64,000 bases of DNA from contig CM102286.1 of the NCBI GenBank assembly GCA_046563655.1, positions 8,742,001-8,806,000 on the forward strand, in the 5' to 3' direction. Positions 37,041 through 49,300 of this stretch are shown one piece after another. The notes under the pieces are model-generated. The model saw nothing but the letters and a program-made list of their open reading frames with translations, was not told where the DNA came from and did not search any database. The stretch comes from Yuukianura sp. NJ FZ-2021. Lineage: Eukaryota. The position numbers and the translations under genes were made by a program. The stretch's first letter is position 1. Each line of letters begins with the position of its first letter.

Positions 37041-38370
37041 CCTGAAATAACGAACATCGTTAGTAAAGATGGAAAACATTGCCGAATTTTCAATCCCAAG
37101 TCCAACAACCTAACCTAATCGAAATACGCACTCTAACAAAAACCCCAAGGAACAGGGAACCTCTACGCACCGTGTAGTTGTGGTCAAGACGTCAGCAAAT
37201 GATATAGATGACGCAGAATACTGCGAAAAGAGAAGATGCCCCTAATAGTCTGGAGAAGTCAATGCCCTAACAACATTTGGCCAGCATTCGTGGAAACCAA
37301 GGGGTTACGTAATTCGCAAAATTCTTCACATTTCATATAAAGGTTGGCGATTGCAGAGGACTGCATGTGCCACAGACGAAAAAAAAAATGGACAGCGTAA
37401 CCCCAAGGCCTGGCCAAATGTGAGTTTTGGACCAGACTCTAGGCACGCTCAGACTTAGGCCATCATAGAAATTCTGGTCCCCTCCCTCCGGAGTATGTGA
37501 GAACATCAAACGACGAGGAAGCGAGGAGAAGTCTGGTCCTGGATGTATGGTGCCAAGTATTTAAAAATTTCAAGTGGGGGCAGCAATTAAGCCGCTTGAC
37601 GTTTCCTTCTGGGTTGGACCCCCTCGCGGGGGGGAGGGGGGGGGCAAATATCTATGGTTAATATGCCAAACTTGCTCCTCTCATGCAAATGAAGAACTTT
37701 TGCTTGTCTAGTCTATAACACGGGAACTTATCCTATGTGTTAAGCGCATGGGAAAACTCGGGAACATATACTTGTTTTTAGCATGGCTGAAAAGCGGGAA
37801 ATTTGAGAAAAATCGGAATCGGTTATACTAAAGTACCTATGCATATATAAGGGGCCTAGATATTTCTTTTCTAATATTTGTTTTCTAAAGCTGGACTTAC
37901 GAGACGTAAGTTTTCCCGTGATTTTTTTTCACCCCAATTTCGACAAATTTGTGTAATTTTTTGAAAACTTTCGCCATTTTTGATGTAAAAATTGACATAC
38001 TTGGACGTAGTTACGGGAAAAAGTCCTAAAAAAGTTTTTATGGTCGAAAAAGTTTTTAAAACTTTTTTAAAAGTCCGCCAAGTGCTAAAAGGGCTAAAAA
38101 GTTTTTACGTCATTATCCGATCTATGGTCATAAGGATGATTAATTTTTGATTGTGATTTGTAACACAGACATAAACATAAAGCACATACAAACATGAAGT
38201 ACCTCATACTTTCGCTACTTAATAATTGTTAGGCAGCGGGACAGAGTGACATGATTACCTTATAAAGTAACTTTACTATCCTTGACAGAGGGACAGTGAC
38301 ATGAGGACATCATAAAGGAACTTTGACAGGGGGACAGAATGACATAGGGACATCATAAAATATGTTTGCT

Positions 38371-38745
38371 TAAGTCTGTCAGATGGACACAGTGACATTG
38401 GAACTCATAAAGTAGCTTTGGTAAGTCCGACAGATGGACAGAGTGACATTGGAACTCATAAAGTAGCTTTGGTAAGTCCGACAGATGGACAGAGTGACAT
38501 TGGAACTCATAAAGTAGCTTTGGTAAGTCCGACAGATGGACACAGTGACATTGGAACTCATAAAGTAGCGTTGGTAAGTCTGACAGATGGACACAGTGAC
38601 ATTGGAACTCATAAAGTAGCTTTGGTAAGTCTGACAGATGGACACAGTGACATTGGAACTCATAAAGTAGCTTTGGTAAGTCTGACAGTTGGACAGAGTG
38701 ACTTTGGAACGCTTAAAGTAGCTATGGTGACTTTGTCCGAAGGAC
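38371..38745. repeat. 51-bp minisatellite (~7 copies, with degenerate copies upstream to ~38240)
   Basis: Unit cagatggacacagtgacattggaactcataaagtagctttggtaagtccga at 38380, 38431, 38482 and onward. Confidence 0.95.
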
Positions 38746-38826
38746 AGACGGACACATGGACATGTCCAACATGTGTTCTTGGTACTTTAGTATAATGCTT
38801 GCAGCCTTTTCACATGCTGGTAAGAC

Positions 38827-39394
38827 TAGGGCTGTTCAAGTTCCGGTTCCAGATCCGGAACTTTTACGGTTCCAGTTCCGTTTCCGGATCCGTTTCCTAA
38901 ATATTTGGAACCGGAACTTATTTTCGGATCCGGTTCGGATCCAGTTCCATTGTATGATGGAACCGGTTCTTCCGGCATTTGGAACTGGAACCGGTTAACT
39001 TCATTATCGCCAAATTCAAACAGAAAATTTTGCTTAAAAAGCTGGTATGCATCACCAAAACAATTTAACGAAAAATGAATTGACAAAGTACAAGTGGCTT
39101 ATAAGTCCCTTGGTGAATATTTATATACGATAACTAAACCTAACAATTTAACTAATATACAGATTAGTTAAATTGTTAGGTTTAGATACCCTTTTGCAAT
39201 TTATGAACGGGACAAATGCATTTTCTGCTTTTATTCCGGTTCCAGTTCCGGTTCGGTTCGGATCCGGTTCCGGTTCGGTTCGTTTCCGGTTCTGAATTTT
39301 TGAACTAGTTCGGTTCCGTTACCAAATTTATCAGTTCCAGTTCCGGATCCGTTTCCATGTGGATCCGATCCGATCCGGAACTTGAACAGCCCTA
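38827..39394. mobile_element. hAT-family MITE (568 bp)
   Basis: Perfect 20-bp TIR TAGGGCTGTTCAAGTTCCGG, 8-bp TSD GGTAAGAC (38819-38826 and 39395-39402), and many subterminal CCGGTT/GGATCC repeats. Confidence 0.95.
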
Positions 39395-39685
39395 GGTAAG
39401 ACAGGCAAATGTTGCAGCTTTTTAGACCGAGCCATGCTAAATACATGCAAAACTTCTCGAGTTTTCCCATGCCCTTAACACATACGAAAAGTTCCGTTTT
39501 TAGACCGAGCCAATTTTGTGAGGGTCATTTCCCCGATTTTTATATTGAAAAGGCTGAAGACGTTGACCTTTGACCCAGTAAAAGCTCACGGCTCCAGATG
39601 ATTTGATAAACATGAATTGACATGAGGTATGAGATATCGATTGGTGAAAACCGGGATGAAATCGGTCCAGTATTTTTACATCTCT

Positions 39686-39859
39686 AAGTACCATTGCAAT
39701 GATAGGCACTATGTTAAGGAACCCATCAAATGCTCCGCTCGAAAGTACATTGACTACCACATGACATGGATTCAGGATCAACTGGGTGACGAAACACGGT
39801 ATCCATTCTCATAACATTTCGTAGAAGTTGTTCAATTAGGAGAACTACATCCTAACACA
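39686..39859 (+). pseudogene. MOB1: Decayed fragment of MOB kinase activator 1 (MOB1/mats)
   Basis: VKEPIKCSARKYIDYHMTWIQDQLGDETRYP matches MOB1 IKKPIKCSAPKYIDYLMTWVQDQLDDETLFP. After a stop, HFVEVVQLGELHPNT matches HF.EVV.LGEEAHLNT. Confidence 0.85.
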
Positions 39860-40283
39860 ATTACCTGCTTCTAATAAATTAAACTATACGAATAAGGAGA
39901 AAGAGATTACCTGAAGAAGTGACCTTGACTGGCCAGAGACTGAAGACGATGACACTTGACTCGATTACGTCTGGATATGAATAGGATGACCAGGACACGG
40001 ACTGACAACTGATTGATTGATTATTTATTGACTTTCGGTGATACACCCTGATCAACACGGACTGACAACCGACTGACAAGACAGTGGACGAACAAAGAAA
40101 GAGACTGACTTCTTTGAATTTTGAAAACTGAAATTCGGAGATCATTCGCGCGGATTTTTCTAAAAGGTCATGCGCAGTGGGTGAGCCACACTTGAGACTA
40201 AATTCTCACGTCGCCCCAACTCTTAGTGACGTATTCCGTAAATAGTAAATTGTAAACAAGAAATTCGTGAACTCTGACCCAAT

Positions 40284-40600
40284 CTTCTGGTGCACTTCCT
40301 GACTGATTGGTAAGACCCTCAGAAAACTACGACCACACTTTTCGCATTAGCGCACGCCAATACACAGCACACCTGACGATTATTTGAAGAAAACAGGACC
40401 CTTCGCCCAGAAAACTTAGGTTTTCTGGGTTTTCCCAGGATTTCAGAAACATCTTCCAGAAAACCTAAGTTTTCTGGGCGAAGGGTCCTGTTTTCGTCAA
40501 ATAATCGTCAGGTGTGCTGTTTATTAGCGTGTGCTAATGCGAAAAGTGTGGTCGTAGTTTTCTGAGCGTCTTACCAATCAGTCAGGAAGTGCACCAGAAG
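40284..40600. repeat. Long palindrome (145-bp arms, 27-bp spacer)
   Basis: 40284-40428 is the reverse complement of 40456-40600 with a few mismatches. Confidence 0.95.
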
Positions 40601-41183
40601 TCTTATGGGAAATTGGGTAATAAGCGAATCTGTCCATCGTAATCTTAAATACTCTTCAAAAAGTCATTCTGGGCTATCTGAGATGTCAAAATTGCAAACC
40701 GAAATTATGCTTCTGAAAGCCCATATGAAGTGTTCCAAACTCAATTTTTCTCCGAAAAATCCATTTTTTTCATTTAAAACTCCCCAAAAAGTCATTCTGG
40801 GTTATCTGAGGAGTCAAAATTGCAAACCGAAATTCTGCTTGTGAAGGCACATCTGAAAAGTTCCAAGCTCAATTTTTCACCAAAAACTCCATTTTTTTCA
40901 TTTAAAACTCCCCAAAAAGTCATTCTGGGCTAACTGAGGAGTCAAAATTGCAACCCGAAATTATGCTTCTGAAAGCCCATCTGAAGTGTTCCAAACTCAA
41001 TTTTTCACCAAAAAATCATTTTTTTCATTAAATAGTCTTCAAAAAGTCATTCTGGGCTATCTGAGGAGTCAAAATTGCAAACCGAAATTATGTTTGTGAA
41101 AGCCCATCTGAAGTGTACTAACCTCAATTTTCTTCGAAAAAATCTATTTTTTTCATTAGAAACTCTACAAAAGTCATTCCCGG

Positions 41184-41687
41184 TGTTATGAAACAGTCAA
41201 TTTCCATAATAACGAGAGTTCACTAGAGTTCATTGCCAAATTGAATTGTCACTCTAAAAGTAGCTCATTGTTATACTTTTAACAAACACAACCTATGTAC
41301 AACTTGTCTTTTGTTGTAGTAATTAGAAGTTAGGCCTACAAATGATTTACATATATTCCAAGTAGGGTAACTTCTGACTCTATTCTACTCCAGTGGTTTC
41401 CGGTTGAATCCCTATAAAAAGGGCTCAGTCCGGCCAGCAAGATTCATTCTGTTTTCTGCTCTTGACCTCTGGTCAATAGGACTTAGTGTCCTACGCCTAC
41501 TCCTATGCCTTGTCACAAACTTTGTCCGTCAAAATAAAGTTCATTAACCTTTCCTATTGCAAAACATTGCAAAAGACATTAGTAGTGAAGATTTGTTTCA
41601 TTTATTTTATCATTTCACTACATTTGGTGGTACGAGCTGCTGAATCCTATGGCTTCCACAGGAAGCGAAAATGCGAAAAGCGAAAAT
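41184..41687 (+). mobile_element. Truncated LTR retrotransposon: 439-bp LTR, PBS and possible gag start (long form, copy 1)
   Basis: TGTTATGAAA...TTTCACTACA (41184-41622) with CTATAAAA and AATAAA, then TTTGGTGGTACGAG and ATG GCT TCC ACA GGA (MASTGSENAKSEN). It joins the satellite at GAAAAT. Confidence 0.75.
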
Positions 41688-44600
41688 CATTTTTTTCATT
41701 AAGTAGTCTTCAAAAAGTGATTCTGGGCTATCTGAGGAGTCAAAATTGCAAACCGAAATTATGCTTCTGAAAGCCCATCTGAAGTGTTCCAAACTCAATG
41801 TTTTTCCGAAAAATCCATTTTTTTCATTTAAAACTCACCATAAAGTCATTCTGGGCAATCTGAGGAGTCAAAATTGCAAACCGAAATTATGCTTCTGAAA
41901 GCCCATATGAAGTGTTCCAAACTCAATTTTTCTCCGAAAAATCCATTTTTTTCATTTAAAACTCCCGAAAAAGTCATTCTGGGCTATCTGAGGAGTCAAA
42001 ATTGCAACCCGAAATTATGCTTCTGAAAGCCCATCTGAAGTGTTCCAAACTCAATTTTTCACCAAAAAATCATTTTTTTCATTAAATAGTCTTCAAAAAG
42101 TCATTCTGGGCTATCTGAGGAGTCAAAATTGCAAACCGAAATTATGTTTGTGAAAGCCCATCTGAAGTGTACTAACCTCAATTTTCTTCGAAAAAATCTA
42201 TTTTTTTCATTAAAAACTCTCCAAAAAGTCATTCCGGGCAATCTGAGGAGTCAAAATTGCAAACCGTTATAAAACTTGTTAATGCCCAACTGAAGTGTAC
42301 AAATCTCAATTTTTCTCCGAAAAATGCATTTTTTCCATTTATAACTCACCAAAAAGTCATTCCGGGCAATCTGAGGAGTCAAAATTGCAAACCGAAATTA
42401 TGCTTGTGAAGGCACATCTGAAGTGTACCAATCTCAATTCTTCTCCGAAAAATGCATTTTTTCCATTTATAACTCACCAAAAAGTCATTCCGGGCAATCT
42501 GAGGAGTCAAAATTGCAAACCGAAATTATGCTGGTGAAGGCACATCTGAAGTGTTCCAATCTCAATTTTTCTCCGAAAAATCATTTTTTTTTCATTAAAT
42601 ACTCTTCAAAAAGTCATTCTGGGCTATCTGAGGAGTCAAAATTGCAAACCAAAATTATGCTTCTGAAAGCCCATCTGAAGTGTTCCAAACTCAATTTTTC
42701 TCCGAAAAATCCATTTTTTTCATTTAAAACTCCCCAAAAAGTCATTCTGGGTTATCTGAGGAGTCAAAATTGCAAACCAAATTATGCTTCTGAAAGCCCA
42801 TCTGAAGTGTTCCAAACTCAATTTTTCACCAAAAAATCATTTTTTTTTCATTAAATAGTCTTCAAAAAGTGATTCTGGGCTATCTGAGGAGTCAAAATTG
42901 CAAACCGAAATTATGCTTGTGAAGGCACATCTGAAAAGTTCCAAGCTCAATTTTTCACCAAAAACTCCATTTTTTTCATTTAAAACTCCCCAAAAAGTCA
43001 TTCTGGGCTATCTGAGGAGTCAAAATTGCAAACCGAAATTATGCTTCTGAAAGCCCATCTGAAGTGTTCCAAACTCACTTTTTCTCCGAAAAATTCATTT
43101 TTTTTTTCATTTAAAACTCCCCATAAAGTCATTCTGGGCTATCTGAGGAGTCAAAATTGCAAACCGAAGTTATGCTTCTGAAAGCCCATCTGAAGTGTTC
43201 CAAGCTCAATTTTTCACCAAAAAATCATTTTTTTTCATTTAAAACTCACCATAAAGTCATTCTGGGCTATCTGAGGAGTCAAAATTGCAAACCGAAATTA
43301 TGGTTGTGAAAGCCCATCTGAAGTGTTCCAAGCTCAATTTTTCACCAAAAAATCATTTTTTTTTTCATTAAATACTCTTCAAAAAGTCATTCTGGGCTAT
43401 CTGAGGAGTCAAAATTGCAAACCGAAATTATGCTTCTGAAAGCCCATATGAAGTGTTCCAAACTCAATTTTTCTCCGAAAAATCCATTTTTTTCATTTAA
43501 AACTCCCCAAAAAGTCATTCTGGGCTATCTGAGGAGTCAAAATTGCAAACCGAAATTATGCTTGTGAAAGCCCATCTGAAGTGTTCCAAACTCAATTTTT
43601 CTCCGAAAAATCCATTTTTTTCATTTAAAACTCCCCAAAAAGTCATTCTGGGTTATCTGAGGAGTCAAAATTGCAAACCGAAATTCTGCTTGTGAAGGCA
43701 CATCTGAAGAGTTCCAAGCTCAATTTTTCACCAAAAACTCCATTTTTTTCATTTAAAACTCCCCAAAAAGTCATTCTGGGCTATCTGAGGAGTCAAAATT
43801 GCAAACCGAAATTATGCTTCTGAAAGCCCATCTGAAGTGTTCCAAACTCAATTTTTCACCAAAAAATCATTTTTTTCATTAAATAGTCTTCAAAAAGTCA
43901 TTCTGGGCTATCTGAGGAGTCAAAATTGCAAACCGAAATTATGTTTGTGAAAGCCCATCTGAAGTGTACTAACCTCAATTTTCTTCGAAAAAATCTATTT
44001 TTTCATTAAAAACTCTCCAAAAAGTCATTCCCGGCTATCTGAGGAGTCGAAATTGCAAACCGTTATAAAACTTGTTAATGCCCAACTGAAGTGTACAAAT
44101 CTCAATTTTTCTCCGAAAAATGCATTTTTTCCATTTATAACTCACCAAAAAGTCATTCTGGGTTATCTGAGGAGTCAAAATTGCAAACCGAAATTCTGCT
44201 TGTGAAAGCCCATCTGAGGTGTACCAATCCCAATTTTTCTCCGAAAAATCATTTTTTTTTCATTAAATACTCTTCAAAAAGTCATTCTGGGCTATCTGAG
44301 ATGTCAAAATTGCAAACCGAAATTATGCTTCTGAAAGCCCATATGAAGTGTTCCAAACTCAATTTTTCTCCGAAAAATCCATTTTTTTCATTTAAAACTC
44401 CCCAAAAAGTCATTCTGGGCTATCTGAGGAGTCAAAATTGCAAACCGAAATTATGCTTCTGAAAGCCCATCTGAAGTTTACCAATGTCAATTTTTTCCGA
44501 AAAATCCATTTTTTTCATTTAAAACTCCCCAAAAAGTCATTCTGGGCTATCTGAGGAGTCAAAATTGCAAACCGAAATTATGCTTCTGAAAGCCCATCTG

Positions 44601-45833
44601 AAGTGTTCCAAACTCAATTTTTCACCAAAAAATCATTTTTTTCATTAAATAGTCTTCAAAAAGTCATTCTGGGCTATCTGAGGAGTCAAAATTGCAAACC
44701 GAAATTATGCTTGTGAAAGCACATCTGAAGTGTTCCAAGCTCAATTTTTCACCAAAAACTCCATTTTTTTCATTTAAAACTCCCCAAAAAGTCATTCTGG
44801 GCTATCTGAGGAGTCAAAATTGCAAACCGAAATTATGCTTCTGAAAGCCCATCTGAAGTGTTCCAAACTCACTTTTTCTCCGAAAAATTCATTTTTTTTT
44901 CATTTAAAACTCCCCATAAAGTCATTCTGGGCTATCTGAGGAGTCAAAATTGCAAACCGAAGTTATGCTTCTGAAAGCCCATCTGAAGTGTTCCAAGCTC
45001 AATTTTTCACCAAAAAATCATTCTTTCTTCATTTAAAACTCACCATAAAGTCATTCTGGGCTATCTGAGGAGTCAAAATTGCAAACCGAAATTATGCTTG
45101 TGAAAGCCCATCTGAAGTGTTCCAAGCTCAATTTTTCACCAAAAAATCATTTTTTTTTCATTAAATACTCTTCAAAAAGTCATTCTGGGCTATCTGAGGA
45201 GTCAAAATTGCAAACCGAAATTATGCTTCTGAAAGCCCATATGAAGTGTTCCAAACTCAATTTTTCTCCGAAAAATCCATTTTTTTCATTTAAAACTCCC
45301 CAAAAAGTCATTCTGGGTTATCTGAGGAGTCAAAATTGCAAACCAAAATTATGCTTGTGAAAGCCCATCTGAAGTGTTCCAAACTCAATTTTTCTCCGAA
45401 AAATCCATTTTTTTCATTTAAAACTCCCCAAAAAGTCATTCTGGGCTATCTGAGGAGTCAAAATTGTAACCGAAATTATGCTTGTGAAGGCCCATCTGAA
45501 GTGTTCCAAGCTCAATTTTTCACCAAAAAATCATTTTGTTTTCATTTAAAACTCCCCAAAAAGTCATTCTGGGCTATCTGAGGAGTCAAAATTGCAAACC
45601 GAAATTATGCTTCTGAAAGCCCATCTGAAGTGTTCCAAACTCAATTTTTCACCAAAAAATCATTTTTTTCATTAAATAGTCTTCAAAAAGTCATTCTGGG
45701 CTATCTGAGGAGTCAAAATTGCAAACCGAAATTATGTTTGTGAAAGCCCATCTGAAGTGTACTAACCTCAATTTTCTTCGAAAAAATCTATTTTTTTCAT
45801 TTAAAACTCACCAAAAAGTCATTCTGGGCTATC

Positions 45834-46338
45834 TGAAACAGTCAAAATTGCAAACCGAAATAACGAAAGTTCACTAGAGTTCATTGCCAAATTGAATTGT
45901 CACTCTAAAAGTAGCTCATTGTTATACTTTTAACAAACACAACCTATGTACAACTTGTCTTTTGTTGTAGTAATTAGAAGTTAGGCCTACAAATGATTTA
46001 CATATATTCCAAGTAGGGTAACTTCTGACTCTATTCTACTCCAGTGGTTTCCGGTTGAGTCCCTATAAAAAGGGCTCAGTCCGGCCAGCAAGATTCATTC
46101 TGTTTTCTGCTCTTGACCTCTGGTCAATAGGACTTAGTGTCCTACTCCTACTCCTATGCCTTGTCACAAACTTTGTCCGTCAAAATAAAGTTCATTAACC
46201 TTTCCTATTGCAAAACATTGCAAAAGACATTAGTAGTGAAGATTTGTTTCATTTATTTTATCATTTCACTACATTTGGTGGTACGAGCTGCTGAATCCTA
46301 TGGCTTCCACAGGAAGCGAAAATGCGAAAAGCGAAAAT
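45834..46338 (+). mobile_element. LTR fragment, long form, copy 2 (5' end mosaic with satellite)
   Basis: Near-identical to 41184-41687. Confidence 0.8.
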
Positions 46339-49300
46339 CATTTTTTTCATTAAATAGTCTTCAAAAAGTCATTCTGGGCTATCTGAGGAGTCAAAATTGC
46401 AAACCGAAATTATGCTTCTGAAAGCCCATCTGAAGTGTTCCAAGCTCAATTTTCCACCAAAAAATCAATTTTTTTCATTAAAAACTCTCCAAAAGGTCAT
46501 TCTGGGCTATCTGAGGAGTCGAAATTGCAAACCGTTATAAAACTTGTTAATGCCCAACTGAAGTGTACAAATCTCAATTTTTCTCCGAAAAATGCATTTT
46601 TTTCATTTATAACTCACCAAAAAGTCATTCTGGGCTATCTGAGGAGTCAAAATTGCAAACCGAAATTATGGTTGTGAAAGCCCATCTGAAGTGTTCCAAG
46701 CTCAATTTTTCACCAAAAAATCATTTTTTTTTCGTTTAAAACTCACCAAAAAGTCATTCTAGGCTATCTGAGGAGTCAAAATTGCAACCGAAATTATGCT
46801 TGTGAAGGCCCATCTGAAGTGTTCCAAGCTCAATTTTTCACCAAAAAATCATTTTGTTTTCATTAAATACTCTTCAAAAAGTCATTCTGGGCTATCTGAG
46901 GAGTCAAAATTGCAAACCGAAATTATGCTTCTGAAAGCCCATCTGAAGTGTTCCAAACTCAATTTTTCTCCGAAAAATCCATTTTTTTCATTTAAAACTC
47001 CCCAAAAAGTCATTCTGGGCTATCTGAGGAGTCAAAATTGCAAACCGAAATTATGCTTGTGAAAGCCCATCTGAAGTGTTCCAAACTCACTTTTTTTCCG
47101 AAAAATCCATTTTTTTCATTTAAAACTCCCCAAAAAGTCATTCTGGGCTATCTGAGGAGTCGAAATTGCAAACCGAAATTATGCTTGTGAAAGCCCATCT
47201 GAAGTGTTCCAAGCTCAATTTTTCACCAAAAATCCATTTTTTTCATTTAAAACTCCCCAAAAAGTCATTCTGGGCTATCTGAGGAGTCAAAATTGCAAAC
47301 CGAAATTATGCTTCTGAAAGCCCATCTGAAGTGTTCCAAACTCAATTTTTCACCAAAAAATCATTTTTTTCATTAAATAGTCTTCAAAAAGTCATTCTGG
47401 GCTATCTGAGGAGTCAAAATTGCAAACCGAAATTATGCTTGTGAAAGCCCATCTGAAGTGTTCCAAGCTCAATTTTCTTCGAAAAAATCTATTTTTTTCA
47501 TTAAAAACTCTCCAAAAAGTCATTCCGGGCAATCTGAGGAGTCAAAATTGCAAACCGAAATTATGCTTGTGAAAGCCCATCTGAAGTGTTCCAAGCTCAA
47601 TTTTTCTCCGAAAAATCCATTTTTTTCATTTATAACTCACCAAAAAGTCATTCTGGGCTATCTGAGGAGTCAAAATTGCAAACCGAAATTATGCTTGTGA
47701 AAGCCCATCTGACGTGTTCCAATCTCAATTTTCCCCAGAAAAATCCATTTTTTTCATTAAAAACTACCAAAAAAGTCATTCTGGACTATGTGAGGAGTCA
47801 AAATTGCAAACCGAAATTATGCTTCTGAAAGCCCATCTGAAGTGAACCAAGCTCAATTTTTGTCCAAAAAAATTCATTTTTTTCATTCAAAACTCCCCAA
47901 AAAGTCATTCTGGGTTATCTGAGGAGTCAAAATTGCAAACCGAAATTATGCTTGTGAAGGCACATCTGAAGTGTACCAATCTCAATTTTTCACCAAAAAA
48001 TCATTTTTTTTCATTTAAAACTCACCATAAAGTCATTCTGGGCTATCTGAGGAGTCAAAATTGCAAACCGAAATTATGCTTGTGAAAGCCCATCTGAAGT
48101 GTTCCAAGCTCAATTTTTCACCAAAAAATTATTTTTTTCATTAAATACTCTTCAAAAAGTCATTCTGGGCTATCTGAGGAGTCAAAATTGCAAACCGAAA
48201 TTATGCTTCTGAAAGCCCATCTGAAGTGTTCCAAACTCAATTTTTCTCCGAAAAATCCATTTTTTTCATTTAAAACTCCCCAAAAAGTCATTCTGGGCTA
48301 TCTGAGGAGTCAAAATTGCAAACCGAAATTATGCTTGTGAAAGCCCATCTGAAGTGTTCCAAACTCACTTTTTTTCCGAAAAATCCATTTTTTTCATTTA
48401 AAACTCCCCAAAAAGTCATTCTGGGCTATCTGAGGAGTCGAAATTGCAAACCGAAATTATGCTTGTGAAAGCCCATCTGAAGTGTTCCAAGCTCAATTTT
48501 TCACCAAAAACTCCATTTTTTTCATTTAAAACTCCCCAAAAAGTCATTCTGGGCTATCTGAGGAGTCAAAATTGCAAACCGAAATTATGCTTCTGAAAGC
48601 CCATCTGAAGTGTTCCAAACTCAATTTTTCACCAAAAAATCATTTTTTTCATTAAATAGTCTTCAAAAAGTCATTCTGGGCTATCTGAGGAGTCAAAATT
48701 GCACACCGAAATTATGTTTGTGAAAGCCCATCTGAAGTGTACTAACCTCAATTTTCTTCGAAAAAATCCATTTTTTTCATTTAAAACTCACCAAAAAGTC
48801 ATTCTGGGCTATCTGAGGAGTCAAAATTGCAAACCGAAATTATGCTTCTGAAAGCCCATCTGAAGTGTACAAATCTCAATTTTTCTCCGAAAAATCCATT
48901 TTTTTCATTTATAACTCACCAAAAAGTCATTCTGGGCTATCTGAGGAGTCAAAATTGCAAACCGAAATTATGCTTCTGAAAGCCCATATGAAGTGTTCCA
49001 AACCAAATTTTTCTCCGAAAAATCATTTTTTTTTCATTAAATACTCTTCAAAAAGTCATTCTGGGCTATCTGAGGAGTCAAAATTGCAAACCGAAATTAT
49101 GCTTCTGAAAGCCCATCTGAAGTGAACCAAACTCAATTTTTCTAAAAAAAAATCCATTTTTTTCTTAAAAACTCCCCAAAAAGTCATTCTGGGCTATCTG
49201 AGGAGTCAAAATTGCAAACCGAAATTATGCTTCTGAAAGCCCATCTGAAGTGTTCCAAACTCAATTTTTCACCAAAAAATCCATTTTTTTCATTTAAAAC

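Larger units (their letters stand above)
37711..39505. mobile_element. Non-autonomous element with long imperfect TIRs and an internal minisatellite
   Basis: 37711-37787 is the imperfect reverse complement of 39431-39505. TTATACTAAAGTACC (~37823) is inverted at ~38781. No clear TSD. Confidence 0.65.
33317..40644. mobile_element. 7.3-kb composite insertion flanked by TTAA
   Basis: Satellite caTTAAatactc is split, with TTAA at 33313-33316 and 40645-40648. The two ends (GGAGAGACTG... / ...CATCGTAATC) are not inverted repeats. Confidence 0.8.

Noticed and set aside
37150..37700. Possible second captured gene fragment and a G-rich tract
   Set aside because: No recognisable protein motif, and the G run alone is not evidence of function. 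Left unannotated.
38379..38795. Repeat-protein ORFs on both strands
   Set aside because: They arise because the 51-bp unit is a multiple of 3; there is no other coding evidence.
38756..39470. Gly/Pro-rich ORFs (GSGTG, EPEPE)
   Set aside because: Translations of hAT MITE subterminal repeats.
33313..40648. piggyBac assignment based on TTAA
   Set aside because: No CCY...RGG TIRs, and the transposase motifs are not piggyBac-like.
625..41184. Shared insertion hotspot within the satellite monomer
   Set aside because: The five insertions fall at different monomer positions, consistent with each family's own target preference.
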